Shown here one piece after another: positions 37,768 to 46,812 of a DNA stretch of 64,000 nucleotides. The stretch's first letter is position 1; every line of letters begins with the position of its first letter. The DNA lies in the NCBI GenBank assembly GCA_964462175.1, contig CAYWXA010000001.1, positions 9,251 through 73,250 of the forward strand, given 5' to 3'. The notes below the pieces were generated by a model. The model worked only from the letters and a program-made list of their open reading frames with translations, had not been told where the DNA came from and ran no database searches. A program made the position numbers and the translations under genes. Source of the DNA: an uncultured Oscillospiraceae bacterium (GTDB taxonomy: Bacteria > Bacillota > Clostridia > Oscillospirales > Ruminococcaceae).

Positions 37768-40094
37768 CAATCTCTCCAACTTCTGACCAGATCATATACG
37801 TAATTATAGATATTTCCGGTCAACGTTTCATAATCCAAGGTGTCAACGCCTTCCGTAACAATTACGGAATCCTTGGTAATTATCGTTTCATCCACAAGAT
37901 GCTCTCCCGAGCAGGTTGCGGGAATGTTCGTGCGTTTATAATATCCGGTAAGAGTATCCGTACAGTTGCTTCCGGCGATAAGACCCGTTTCCTCGCAATA
38001 TTCACGCTGAACAACGCTTGAAGTAGCCTCAAACTCCTTCAGATCCTCATTCTCGGCAATATCTCCGAAGATATTTTTCCACATCTGGGAAGAACCGTAA
38101 AACGTTGAGGTGTCCATTTCCTCGGGAATATCATAGCCGATCCAAAGACCGGTTACGTATTCGGGCGTACATCCGATGAACCAAAGGTCAGCCCAGTCCT
38201 GAGTGGTACCGGTCTTGGCTATAAGCTCACAGGAATCAAGACGAGCAAGTCTGCCCGTACCTCGAGAGCTTGAAACGACCGTTTCAAGCATACGGTTCAT
38301 AACGTATGCAGAGCTTTCATCTATTACCTGTTCACCGATAAACGAGTGCTGATATACGACTTCGCCGTTATTGTCGATGATTCTTGAAATGAAGGTGGAA
38401 TCGTAGTATTTTCCGCCGTTGCCGAATATCTGATATGCAGTTGTGATCTCCTGCAGAGTGACGCCGTTGGTCAAAGCGCCGACCGACATCGGTGAACGGG
38501 CAATATCCGTAAGTCCGTTCTGATATAAGGTCAGCGAATCCATATGAAGCTTATAATATAGGAACTCAAAGCATTCGCTGGGCGAAAGAAGCTCAACGAG
38601 CTGTGCGGCAGTGGTATTGAGCGAGCGCTGAAGCGCAGAATAAGTGAAGTTATAGCTTCTTGACCATGACGTTGTATAAGCGCCGGTGGTCGAGTAGTTT
38701 CTCGGCCAGACGAGATAACCGTTCTCAGAGCCCTGATCTTCAATAAGCAAGGGCGAATCCAAGAACTGAGATGACCAGGTGATCAAGTCACGGTCAACAG
38801 CCAGAGAATATGAAGCCAACGGTTTTATGCAAGAACCCGGCTGACGGGTCGACATCGTCGCACGGTTAAGACCCAAGGGGCTTTCCTTTTGACCGACACC
38901 GCCGATAACGCCAAGAATTCTGCCGTTATAGTCCATACAGATAAATGCGCTCTGAGGTATCTCTGTTGTTCCCGATTCGGAGAAGGTGTAGTAGTCAAGA
39001 TATTTCTCCTCGAGTTCCTTTTGAATGTCAAGATCAACGCAGGTATATATCTCATATCCTCCGCTCTTGAGCTTCTGATAAGCTTCGTCCCAGGAAATAC
39101 CGTAATAATCCATAAAGATATCCACAGCCTGATATATTGCGGCATCCACGTAATAAGAGGAAACGTAATCAAAGTTTTCATATGCGGAAACGTTTTCCGA
39201 ATTGACAGAACCGTCGTCGGTTTCGGTATATATCATACTTCCGATGAGAACGAGCTCTTCGTTCAACGCTTCATTGTATTCCTCGGTTGAAATGGCGCCG
39301 TTTTCAAGCATTTCGTTAAGAATATACTCTCTTCTTGTACGGTTCTTTTCGGGATAATCGATCGGGTCGTTTGCAACGGGGCTCTTCGTTATCGCAGCTA
39401 TACATACAGCCTCCGCTAATGAAAGCTGGCTCACGTCCTTGTTGAAATAGTAATTGGATGCAGCCTGAACGCCGTAAATATTGTTATTAAGAGGCACAAG
39501 ATTGAGATACGCCTCCAAAATATCGTCCTTTGAATAGTCTTTTTCGAGCTGAACGGATCTGTAGAGCTCACGGAGCTTTCTTGCGATACCCTCGGTGTTC
39601 AGATCGTCCGCTCTATCGCCGGTCAGATTCTTAACTGTCTGCTGCGTGATGGTCGAACCGCCTCGGGTGTTACCCATAAGTGTATCTTTGAGAGCGACGA
39701 ACAGACCGTAGAAGTCAACGCCGTCATGGCTGTTAAATCTCGGATCTTCAGAGCAGATAAACGCCTCTCTGACGTGCTGAGGGATCTCCTCAAGGTCAGC
39801 CCAGATGCGCTTTTCACCTTCACTGGAAATAAGATCGTACATTATCCAATCTTCGCCGTCTTTAGCGTAAATATAGGTGGTATAGCTCGAAGAAACGTCG
39901 TCAAGCTTGACTTCACTCGTACCCTCCATAAGATTTACGACATATACAACAAGCGCCGAGCCGACGATGGTAACGGAAATGACTGCAATCAGTACTACAC
40001 ATAAAACTGCGATACCGATCGTCCGCAAAAGACCGCCGATTGGGCGCATAACCTTTTTGACGCCTTTTCTGAACTTCTTGAATGAGAATTTCAA
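37767..40094 (-). CDS. penicillin-binding protein 1A family (bifunctional glycosyltransferase/transpeptidase)
   Basis: GT51 motifs EDPRFNSHDGVD and GGSTITQQ. Transpeptidase motifs SCIKP (SxxK) and KTGTT. N-terminal TM anchor. Confidence 0.9.
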   Translation of the reverse strand: MKFSFKKFRKGVKKVMRPIGGLLRTIGIAVLCVVLIAVISVTIVGSALVVYVVNLMEGTSEVKLDDVSSSYTTYIYAKDGEDWIMYDLISSEGEKRIWADLEEIPQHVREAFICSEDPRFNSHDGVDFYGLFVALKDTLMGNTRGGSTITQQTVKNLTGDRADDLNTEGIARKLRELYRSVQLEKDYSKDDILEAYLNLVPLNNNIYGVQAASNYYFNKDVSQLSLAEAVCIAAITKSPVANDPIDYPEKNRTRREYILNEMLENGAISTEEYNEALNEELVLIGSMIYTETDDGSVNSENVSAYENFDYVSSYYVDAAIYQAVDIFMDYYGISWDEAYQKLKSGGYEIYTCVDLDIQKELEEKYLDYYTFSESGTTEIPQSAFICMDYNGRILGVIGGVGQKESPLGLNRATMSTRQPGSCIKPLASYSLAVDRDLITWSSQFLDSPLLIEDQGSENGYLVWPRNYSTTGAYTTSWSRSYNFTYSALQRSLNTTAAQLVELLSPSECFEFLYYKLHMDSLTLYQNGLTDIARSPMSVGALTNGVTLQEITTAYQIFGNGGKYYDSTFISRIIDNNGEVVYQHSFIGEQVIDESSAYVMNRMLETVVSSSRGTGRLARLDSCELIAKTGTTQDWADLWFIGCTPEYVTGLWIGYDIPEEMDTSTFYGSSQMWKNIFGDIAENEDLKEFEATSSVVQREYCEETGLIAGSNCTDTLTGYYKRTNIPATCSGEHLVDETIITKDSVIVTEGVDTLDYETLTGNIYNYVYDLVRSWRD

Positions 40095-40130
40095 AAGTCT
40101 CTCTCCTTTCCATAGGACCTACATATTTGT

Positions 40131-40159
40131 ATTATAACACAAACAAATCGAAATGTTAA
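40131..40159 (-). promoter_or_regulatory. sigma-A promoter (extended -10) for the PBP1A gene
   Basis: Minus strand: TTAACA, 17-nt spacer ending in TGT, TATAAT. Confidence 0.55.
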
Positions 40160-40210
40160 GAGAAATATGGAAAATGTAATAAAGTTTTAACCAATTCACC
40201 CCGATTCAAC

Positions 40211-40245
40211 ACAAAAACGGCGCAGGAAAGATATCCTGCGCCGCA
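40211..40245 (-). terminator. rho-independent terminator after ispH/rpsA
   Basis: CGGCGCAGGA / TCCTGCGCCG stem, followed by U5 on the minus strand. Confidence 0.85.
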
Positions 40246-40265
40246 AATTTTGTAATTAGCAGAAA

Positions 40266-42242
40266 TTATTCAGCAGTTTCTTCAGCAACTTCTTCAACTG
40301 CTTCTTCAACTACTTCTTCAGCAGCAGGAAGCAAAGCTCTGATAGAAAGGCTTACTCTCTTCTTGTCAAGATCACATTCGGTGATCTTAGCGGTTACGAC
40401 CTGACCTACAGAGAGGAAGTCGTTAACGTTGTTTACTCTCTGATCAGCGATCTGAGAGATGTGGATAAGACCGTCAATACCGGGGATGATCTGAGCGAAA
40501 GCGCCGAAGCTGGTGATGGATACTACCTTAGCTTCAACAGTCTGGCCGAGTTCATAGTTGTTCTTGAAGATCTCCCAAGGATTTTCAGACTGGTTCTTAT
40601 AAGTAAGGCTTACCTTGCCGTTTTCCTTGTCGATATCCTTGATGGTTACTTCGATAGATTCGCCAACGGAAACTACTTCGGAAGGATGCTTGATTCTTGC
40701 CCAAGTAAGGTCAAGCTTTCTGATAAGACCGTCAACACCGCCGATGTCAACGAATACGCCGTAATCGGTAATAGACTTAACTTCACCGGTAACGACCTGG
40801 CCGACCTCAGCAGCTTCGAAGAATGCTGCGCGCTTGGTAGCTCTTTCTTCCTGTGCTACCTTTCTGATAGAGCCGACAGCTCTCTTTCTCTGCTCGTTGA
40901 GCTCGATGATCTTGAAGCTTACAGTGGTCTTGAGAAGGGTCTCAAGGTTGCCGTCAGCCTTCACGCCGGTCTGGGATGCAGGAACGAATACACGCATACC
41001 GTTGGTAACAACGATCACGCCGCCCTTGATAACGTTGGTTACAACGCCGGTAAGAACGGTGCCGTCCTCGGCAGCCTTCTTAACTTCGTCGTAGCCCTTC
41101 TGAGCGTCTACCTGCTTCTTGGAAAGGGTAACGATACCCTCTGCATCATTGATCTTGGTTACGATGACGTCGATCTCATCGCCGACCTTAACAACATCTG
41201 ATGCCTTTGCTGCAGGGTCGTTTGAAAGCTCTGAAGAAGGAATATAACCGGTGTGCTTGGTGCCGATATCAACAATTACTTCAGTGCTGTTAACCGCTGT
41301 AACGATGCCGCTTACTCTCTTTCCGGTGTATATTTTCTTGAAGGTCTGTTCAATAGCTTCCTCGAAGTTGAACACCTCTTCATTTGTCAGAATTTCAGTC
41401 ATGGTTTTTTGTACCTCCTTAATGATATACGCCGGAGTCGATGCGCCGGCAGAGATCCCAACGGATCCCGCATGAGAAAAATCAATTGCTTCAAGCTCTT
41501 TGGCATTCTCTATCAAATAGCATCGGCAGTTTTGCGAGCAGATGTCATAAAGCTTTTTCGTATTCGAACTGTTATGTCCGCCGACGATGAGCATCACGTC
41601 ACTCATTGAAGAAAGCTTGAGCGCTTCCTCCTGCCTCTTTGCAGTTGCATTGCAAACGGTATTAAATACCTTCGCATCGGGTAAGCTTTGAGCGAGCAAA
41701 GAAAACTTTTCCCACATTGTTATATTATAAGTTGTTTGCGAGAGAATTGCAACACTTTTTTTAAAATTTTCACCTAATTTACTTATTTGGCTCTCAAAAT
41801 CGTCAACATCGGCGCAAACATAACACTCTGTAGTGCAATATCCGACGATTCCTTTGACCTCGGGATGGTCTTTGTCGCCCGCAATAACGATAATATCCCC
41901 CGCATTTGAGCGCTTGCGGACAATATCGTGTATCTTTTTAACGTATGGGCAGGTGGCGTCAACAACGGTTGCACCCTTTTCCCGAAGCTCGTCATATACG
42001 CTTTCGGCGACACCGTGAGAACGGATAATCACCGTATCGCCCGACAGGACGTCATCAATATTTTCAATTACCGAGACCCCTGACCGTTCAAGGTCAGCAA
42101 CTACGTCGGGATTATGAATGATAGGTCCCAAAGTAAAAACTCTGCCGCCGCATATCGCCGTTTCATATGCGAGCTTTACTGCTCTGTCAACGCCGAAACA
42201 AAATCCGGCTGTCTTTGCGACGGTTACTCTGTTATCAGGCAT
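40266..42242 (-). CDS. ispH: bifunctional 4-hydroxy-3-methylbut-2-enyl diphosphate reductase / ribosomal protein S1
   Basis: N-terminal IspH (GFCFGVDRAV, GPIIHNP). The C-terminal half has four S1 repeats. This fusion is common in Clostridia. Confidence 0.92.
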   Translation of the reverse strand: MPDNRVTVAKTAGFCFGVDRAVKLAYETAICGGRVFTLGPIIHNPDVVADLERSGVSVIENIDDVLSGDTVIIRSHGVAESVYDELREKGATVVDATCPYVKKIHDIVRKRSNAGDIIVIAGDKDHPEVKGIVGYCTTECYVCADVDDFESQISKLGENFKKSVAILSQTTYNITMWEKFSLLAQSLPDAKVFNTVCNATAKRQEEALKLSSMSDVMLIVGGHNSSNTKKLYDICSQNCRCYLIENAKELEAIDFSHAGSVGISAGASTPAYIIKEVQKTMTEILTNEEVFNFEEAIEQTFKKIYTGKRVSGIVTAVNSTEVIVDIGTKHTGYIPSSELSNDPAAKASDVVKVGDEIDVIVTKINDAEGIVTLSKKQVDAQKGYDEVKKAAEDGTVLTGVVTNVIKGGVIVVTNGMRVFVPASQTGVKADGNLETLLKTTVSFKIIELNEQRKRAVGSIRKVAQEERATKRAAFFEAAEVGQVVTGEVKSITDYGVFVDIGGVDGLIRKLDLTWARIKHPSEVVSVGESIEVTIKDIDKENGKVSLTYKNQSENPWEIFKNNYELGQTVEAKVVSITSFGAFAQIIPGIDGLIHISQIADQRVNNVNDFLSVGQVVTAKITECDLDKKRVSLSIRALLPAAEEVVEEAVEEVAEETAE

Positions 42243-43542
42243 CGAGCTGCTCCTTAATGGCGTTCATAATGATATCTCTTACCTTGTGCATCTCAGAGGG
42301 CGAAGTGCCGCTGATGCCAAGCTGAGGATAGTAGATCGGGTCGCCGAAGGTGACGGTGATCTTGCTGCGGAATTTAACCTTACCGTCACATTTGATAGAA
42401 ACGGGGATTATCGGAGCCTTTGAAGCGGCAACGATATATGCAACGCCCGTTTTTGCTCTGCCGAGCTCCCCTGTTTTCGATCTTGTTCCCTCGGGGAAGA
42501 TGATGACGTTATGACCTTTGTTGAGGAAATCGCAGGAGATGGTCACAAAGCCCATATCGCCCTTACCTCTGAGCACGGGGAAGCAGTTGAGAAGCTTGAG
42601 AAAAACTGCAATAAGCGGGTTTTTGAAAAGCTCCGCCTTTGAAACGTATGAGCCTGAAACGATGGGATTTATGCCGATAATAAGCCCGTCAGCCCAGGAG
42701 ATATGGTTAGAAGCAATGACGTATCCGCCTGCATGAGGGATGTTGTGCTTGTTTTTAATCTTCACATTAAATGCTATGTGAATGAACGCCTTGACAATAA
42801 GACGGATGACGGTATATCCGAAAAGGCGCAGGGTCATTTTCGGCTTCTTGTCTGCAACGTTGCCGTCGGGAGCTTTGAACTTTTTGCTCTCGATTATTCC
42901 TGCAATCGTTTCAATGACCTCTTCGATGGCCATATCCGAGGTGTCGACCTCGATCGCATCGTCAGCCTTTTTCAAGGGAGCGGTTTCACGGTGGGAATCG
43001 TTATAATCACGCTGCGCGATGTCATTTTTAATGTCATCGTAGTTGACGTCCTGACCCTTGGCGATAAGCTCGTCATATCTGCGCTTGGCTCTTTCTTCAA
43101 TGGAAGCGGTGAGGAAAATTTTCACCTGTGCATTCGGCAAAATAACCGTGCCGATATCTCTGCCGTCCATAATGATGTCGTTATTTGCGGCGATTGAGCG
43201 CTGAAGGTCAAGCAAAAATGCTCTGACGGCGGGAATTGCCGAAACGTTTGACGCCGCCATGGACATTTCGGGGGTTCTGATTTTATCCGAAACGTTCTCG
43301 CCGTTCAAATATACAGCCTGAACGCCGTTCTCGAATTTCAGTTCGACGTTTATCTCGTTCAGCAAGGGAGCCACCTCTTCAGCCGAAGCGGTGTCAGCGC
43401 CTTTGCTCAACGCATAATACCCGATAGCACGGTACAGCGCCCCGGTATCAACGTATATGTAGCCGAGTTTTTTTGCCAATTCTTTAGCAACGGTCGATTT
43501 TCCTGCGCCTGCAGGGCCGTCGAGTGCACAATTCATTCCCAT
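42235..43542 (-). CDS. cmk: fusion of (d)CMP kinase and 1-acyl-sn-glycerol-3-phosphate acyltransferase-like domain
   Basis: A single 435-aa ORF. N-terminus DGPAGAGKSTVAKELA..YVDTGALYRA (Cmk). C-terminus NHISWAD (HX4D), FPEGTR (LPLAT). Confidence 0.85.
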   Translation of the reverse strand: MGMNCALDGPAGAGKSTVAKELAKKLGYIYVDTGALYRAIGYYALSKGADTASAEEVAPLLNEINVELKFENGVQAVYLNGENVSDKIRTPEMSMAASNVSAIPAVRAFLLDLQRSIAANNDIIMDGRDIGTVILPNAQVKIFLTASIEERAKRRYDELIAKGQDVNYDDIKNDIAQRDYNDSHRETAPLKKADDAIEVDTSDMAIEEVIETIAGIIESKKFKAPDGNVADKKPKMTLRLFGYTVIRLIVKAFIHIAFNVKIKNKHNIPHAGGYVIASNHISWADGLIIGINPIVSGSYVSKAELFKNPLIAVFLKLLNCFPVLRGKGDMGFVTISCDFLNKGHNVIIFPEGTRSKTGELGRAKTGVAYIVAASKAPIIPVSIKCDGKVKFRSKITVTFGDPIYYPQLGISGTSPSEMHKVRDIIMNAIKEQLDA

Positions 43543-43546
43543 AATT

Positions 43547-44797
43547 TTACAATCCTTTCAAATTTACGATCGAGCGTGCCGCAGCGTATGCAGTTGCAAA
43601 CGCTATCTGCAGGTTAAATCCGCCCGTATATCCGTCGCAGTCGATGATCTCCCCTGCAAAGTATAATCCCTTTACAAGTTTTGAAGCCATCGTTGACGGT
43701 TCGATCTCCTTGACGCTGACACCGCCTCGGGTAATGATCGCCTCGGCAACGGGTCTTAACGCAACGGGAGTGAGCTCAAAATGCTTGAGCAAGCCGACGA
43801 GCCTTGAACGTTCCTCTCTCGTCACCTGATTGCAAGGCTTGCAAGGGTCGATCCCTGAAAGATCGACGATCACCTGTGTCATATCTCTGGGCAAAAGCCT
43901 GCCGAGTGAATGCATATAGGCAAGGTTCGGTGTTTCGCTAAAATCACGAAGTATCCTTGAATCGAGCTTTTCCGGCGACAGACCGGGTTTAAGGTCGATC
44001 ACGAGCTTATATCTGCGGTCATCCAAAAGCTTTGGGTCGATAAGGCAGGAAGCAGACAGTCCAAGCGGCCCCGCAATGCCGTAGGGCATAAAAGTAAGCT
44101 CGCCGATCTCGCTGAACAGCGGAGATCTCTTTTTGCTGTCAAACAGCGAAAGCGTTACGTTTTTCAGCGCAAGACCGTTAAGCTCGCAAACGAAGCTTTC
44201 GTCGCAAACTATCGGAACAAGCGAAGGATAAAGCTTCGTTACGGTGTGACCAAGCTTCTCGGCAAAGCGATGACCGTCGCCGGTCGAACCGGTGGCAGGA
44301 TATGAAAGTCCGCCGGTTGCAATGATAACGTTGTCTGCAAAGTAGTTTTCCTTTACACATTTAACACCCTTGACTTCGCCGTCTTCGCATATAACGTCAA
44401 CGGCTTTGTCCTTGATGAATCTGACGTGATATTTTTTACACTCACGCACCAAAGCGTCAGCTATATCGTTTGCATCGTCGCTCGCAGGGAAAACTCTCGC
44501 TCCCCTCTCGGTCTTCAGGGCAACCCCCCGAGCTTCAAACCAATCCATAACGTCCGAAGGCGTAAGCTGATTGAGCGAGCTATATAAAAACCTCGGATTT
44601 CGGGGAATGTTTTTGATGACGGTATCAATATCGCTGTTGTTTGTAACGTTGCATCTGCCCTTGCCGGTTATGCGAAGTTTTCTTCCCAGCTTCGAGTTGG
44701 GTTCGATGACGATCACGTTATGCCTGCATCTTGATAACTCACAGGCAGCAAAAAGCCCTGCGGCTCCTCCGCCGATAATAATTACGTCGCCCGTCAT
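43547..44797 (-). CDS. NAD(P)/FAD-dependent oxidoreductase, HI0933/YhiN (BaiN-like) family
   Basis: VIIIGGGAAGLFAA dinucleotide motif, TGKGRCNVTN, and C-terminal FAGEIIDCDGYTGGFNLQ. Confidence 0.85.
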   Translation of the reverse strand: MTGDVIIIGGGAAGLFAACELSRCRHNVIVIEPNSKLGRKLRITGKGRCNVTNNSDIDTVIKNIPRNPRFLYSSLNQLTPSDVMDWFEARGVALKTERGARVFPASDDANDIADALVRECKKYHVRFIKDKAVDVICEDGEVKGVKCVKENYFADNVIIATGGLSYPATGSTGDGHRFAEKLGHTVTKLYPSLVPIVCDESFVCELNGLALKNVTLSLFDSKKRSPLFSEIGELTFMPYGIAGPLGLSASCLIDPKLLDDRRYKLVIDLKPGLSPEKLDSRILRDFSETPNLAYMHSLGRLLPRDMTQVIVDLSGIDPCKPCNQVTREERSRLVGLLKHFELTPVALRPVAEAIITRGGVSVKEIEPSTMASKLVKGLYFAGEIIDCDGYTGGFNLQIAFATAYAAARSIVNLKGL

Positions 44798-45666
44798 CTC
44801 TTAGGCTCTCCATTCTTTTGGTAAACGTCATATTCATCCCATATTTTTTCGAGCTTTGCGAAGTTTTCAGAGACCATTTCCCTGTTCTTGATTGATACCG
44901 CAACGATAAGAGCGTTTATCAAGCTTAAAGGCGCAACCAACGAGTCAACGAAGGAGACCATATCGCTTCTTGCTATGAGCACGTTATCGGCATTTGCGGC
45001 AATGGGAGATTCAAAGGAATCTGTTATAGCTATCGACTTTGCGCCGTTGTTATGAGCGTAAGTAATGGCGTGTACCGTCTGCTTTGAATATCTGGGGAAG
45101 GAAATTCCCACGAGAACGTCACCTTCACCGATCCTGAGTATCTGCTCGTATAATTCGCTTCGGCTGCCCGTTTGAACCAAAGTTACCTCGGGAAGCATCA
45201 GCTTGAAATAATACGCCATAAAGGAAGCGAGCGCAGATGAGCTTCGCACGCCCATAACGTAAACGTGCTTTGCCTTGACGATATTATCGACAGCGCTGTT
45301 AAACTGATCCATATCCGTTTCTTCAAGGGTATGGCGGATATGGTCGATATCGTGAAGCAGAACACGCTTGAATACTTCGCCGTCCTTGAGCTGATCCAAG
45401 GAGACCTCTATTCTTTGAACGGCGGTGAGCTTATTTCTCATCGCTTCCTGCAGAGCCTTCTGCAGCCCCGGATATCCGTCGAATCCAAGCTCAGAGGCAA
45501 AACGAACGACAGTAGATTCGCTGACGCCTACCGTTTCGCCGAGCTTTGCCGCAGTCATAAATGCGGCTTTATCGTAATGCATTAAAATATATTGCGCAAT
45601 CTTCTTATGCCCTTTTGAAATTTTGGGCATCCATTCGTTTAAATGTTCAAACAAGTCGCCGGTCAC
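44794..45666 (-). CDS. MurR/RpiR family transcriptional regulator
   Basis: HTH_6 N-terminus (AAKLGETVGVSESTVVRFA) plus a SIS domain. Confidence 0.85.
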   Translation of the reverse strand: MTGDLFEHLNEWMPKISKGHKKIAQYILMHYDKAAFMTAAKLGETVGVSESTVVRFASELGFDGYPGLQKALQEAMRNKLTAVQRIEVSLDQLKDGEVFKRVLLHDIDHIRHTLEETDMDQFNSAVDNIVKAKHVYVMGVRSSSALASFMAYYFKLMLPEVTLVQTGSRSELYEQILRIGEGDVLVGISFPRYSKQTVHAITYAHNNGAKSIAITDSFESPIAANADNVLIARSDMVSFVDSLVAPLSLINALIVAVSIKNREMVSENFAKLEKIWDEYDVYQKNGEPKR

Positions 45667-45673
45667 TTTAACG

Positions 45674-45886
45674 TCACTCCCACAAATCGTTTAATAATTT
45701 CCGAATATTTGCTCTTCTTTTATCGGTTTCTTCACGGTCAAGATGATATAAGCCGTCATCCCCGACAAAAATCGCATCTCCCTCGCATACGTCAGGGTCG
45801 ATGAGCGAGATCGGAATTCTTTTGAGCATATCATCGCTTTCGCATACGGCGAAACCGTCTTCAAATCTGTCAACTGTCAGCATCAT
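45674..45886 (-). CDS. DUF3006 domain protein
   Basis: 70 aa. VDRFEDGFAVCE pattern. Overlaps the upstream MBL gene stop (coupled). Confidence 0.7.
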   Translation of the reverse strand: MMLTVDRFEDGFAVCESDDMLKRIPISLIDPDVCEGDAIFVGDDGLYHLDREETDKRRANIRKLLNDLWE

Positions 45887-46812
45887 TTCAGATCCTCATA
45901 AGTGAATTCAAAGTCAGTTCCGTCAGTAACGAATACGACTGTACCCTGAATATCAGTCCTGTAGATGTTTTCGGTGTATTCCAGAAGGCGCATCACGACC
46001 TGAGCATTCGGGTGGTTATAGCTGTTGTCACCGCACTCGATCACACAGTAATCGGGCGTTACGGCATCAAGAAATTCATAAGTTGATGAGGTCGAGCTTC
46101 CGTGGTGGCACACCTTGAGAACGTCGGCATCGAGATCGTATGAATTATCAACGTAATATCTTTCTGCCAGCGCTTCGATATCCCCCGTAAACAGGAAGGA
46201 ATAATCACCGATATCATATTTGATCACGATCGAATAATTGTTAAGGTTATCAGCCTGATAATCGGAAACATACATACTGATCCTGCCGTTTCCGAAATCA
46301 AATTCAAGATTGTCGCCCTTTGAAATTTTTGCGCCTCGGTCGGCAACCGCCTGCAAGAAACGCTCATACGTCTTCGTAGTAGGCACATGATCGGGAGCGA
46401 TCTCTGGCATATAGATCTTTCCGATCTCCAGATCGGAAGCTATCACCTTTGAAAGACCGCCCATATGATCGGAATGAGGGTGAGTTGCAATTACGTAATC
46501 AAGTTTGGAAATTCCAAGCTCGGCAAGATAATTGAGAACTACAGCTCCGTATTCGGCTTCACCCGAATCGATAAGCATCGTCGTTCCGTCGGATGCAATG
46601 ATAAGCTCGCTGTCGCCTTGACCTACGTTAATAAAATGAACGCTCGATTCCCCTGCATCGACAACGATCGAATCGGATGGCTTTGCAGGAAGTCTTATGG
46701 TTATAAGACCTTGCTCGTTCAGCGCAACGACTATAAGCGCAGCAATCACCAGAACGCAGATCAATACGACTGATATATCATTTCTTTTTTGCTTTTGAGT
46801 TCTTTTTGCCAT
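45883..46812 (-). CDS. MBL-fold metallo-hydrolase (ComEC C-terminal-domain-like), membrane-anchored
   Basis: ATHPHSDHMGG metal motif and an N-terminal TM segment. ATG 46812 follows GGAGGA. Confidence 0.8.
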   Translation of the reverse strand: MAKRTQKQKRNDISVVLICVLVIAALIVVALNEQGLITIRLPAKPSDSIVVDAGESSVHFINVGQGDSELIIASDGTTMLIDSGEAEYGAVVLNYLAELGISKLDYVIATHPHSDHMGGLSKVIASDLEIGKIYMPEIAPDHVPTTKTYERFLQAVADRGAKISKGDNLEFDFGNGRISMYVSDYQADNLNNYSIVIKYDIGDYSFLFTGDIEALAERYYVDNSYDLDADVLKVCHHGSSTSSTYEFLDAVTPDYCVIECGDNSYNHPNAQVVMRLLEYTENIYRTDIQGTVVFVTDGTDFEFTYEDLK

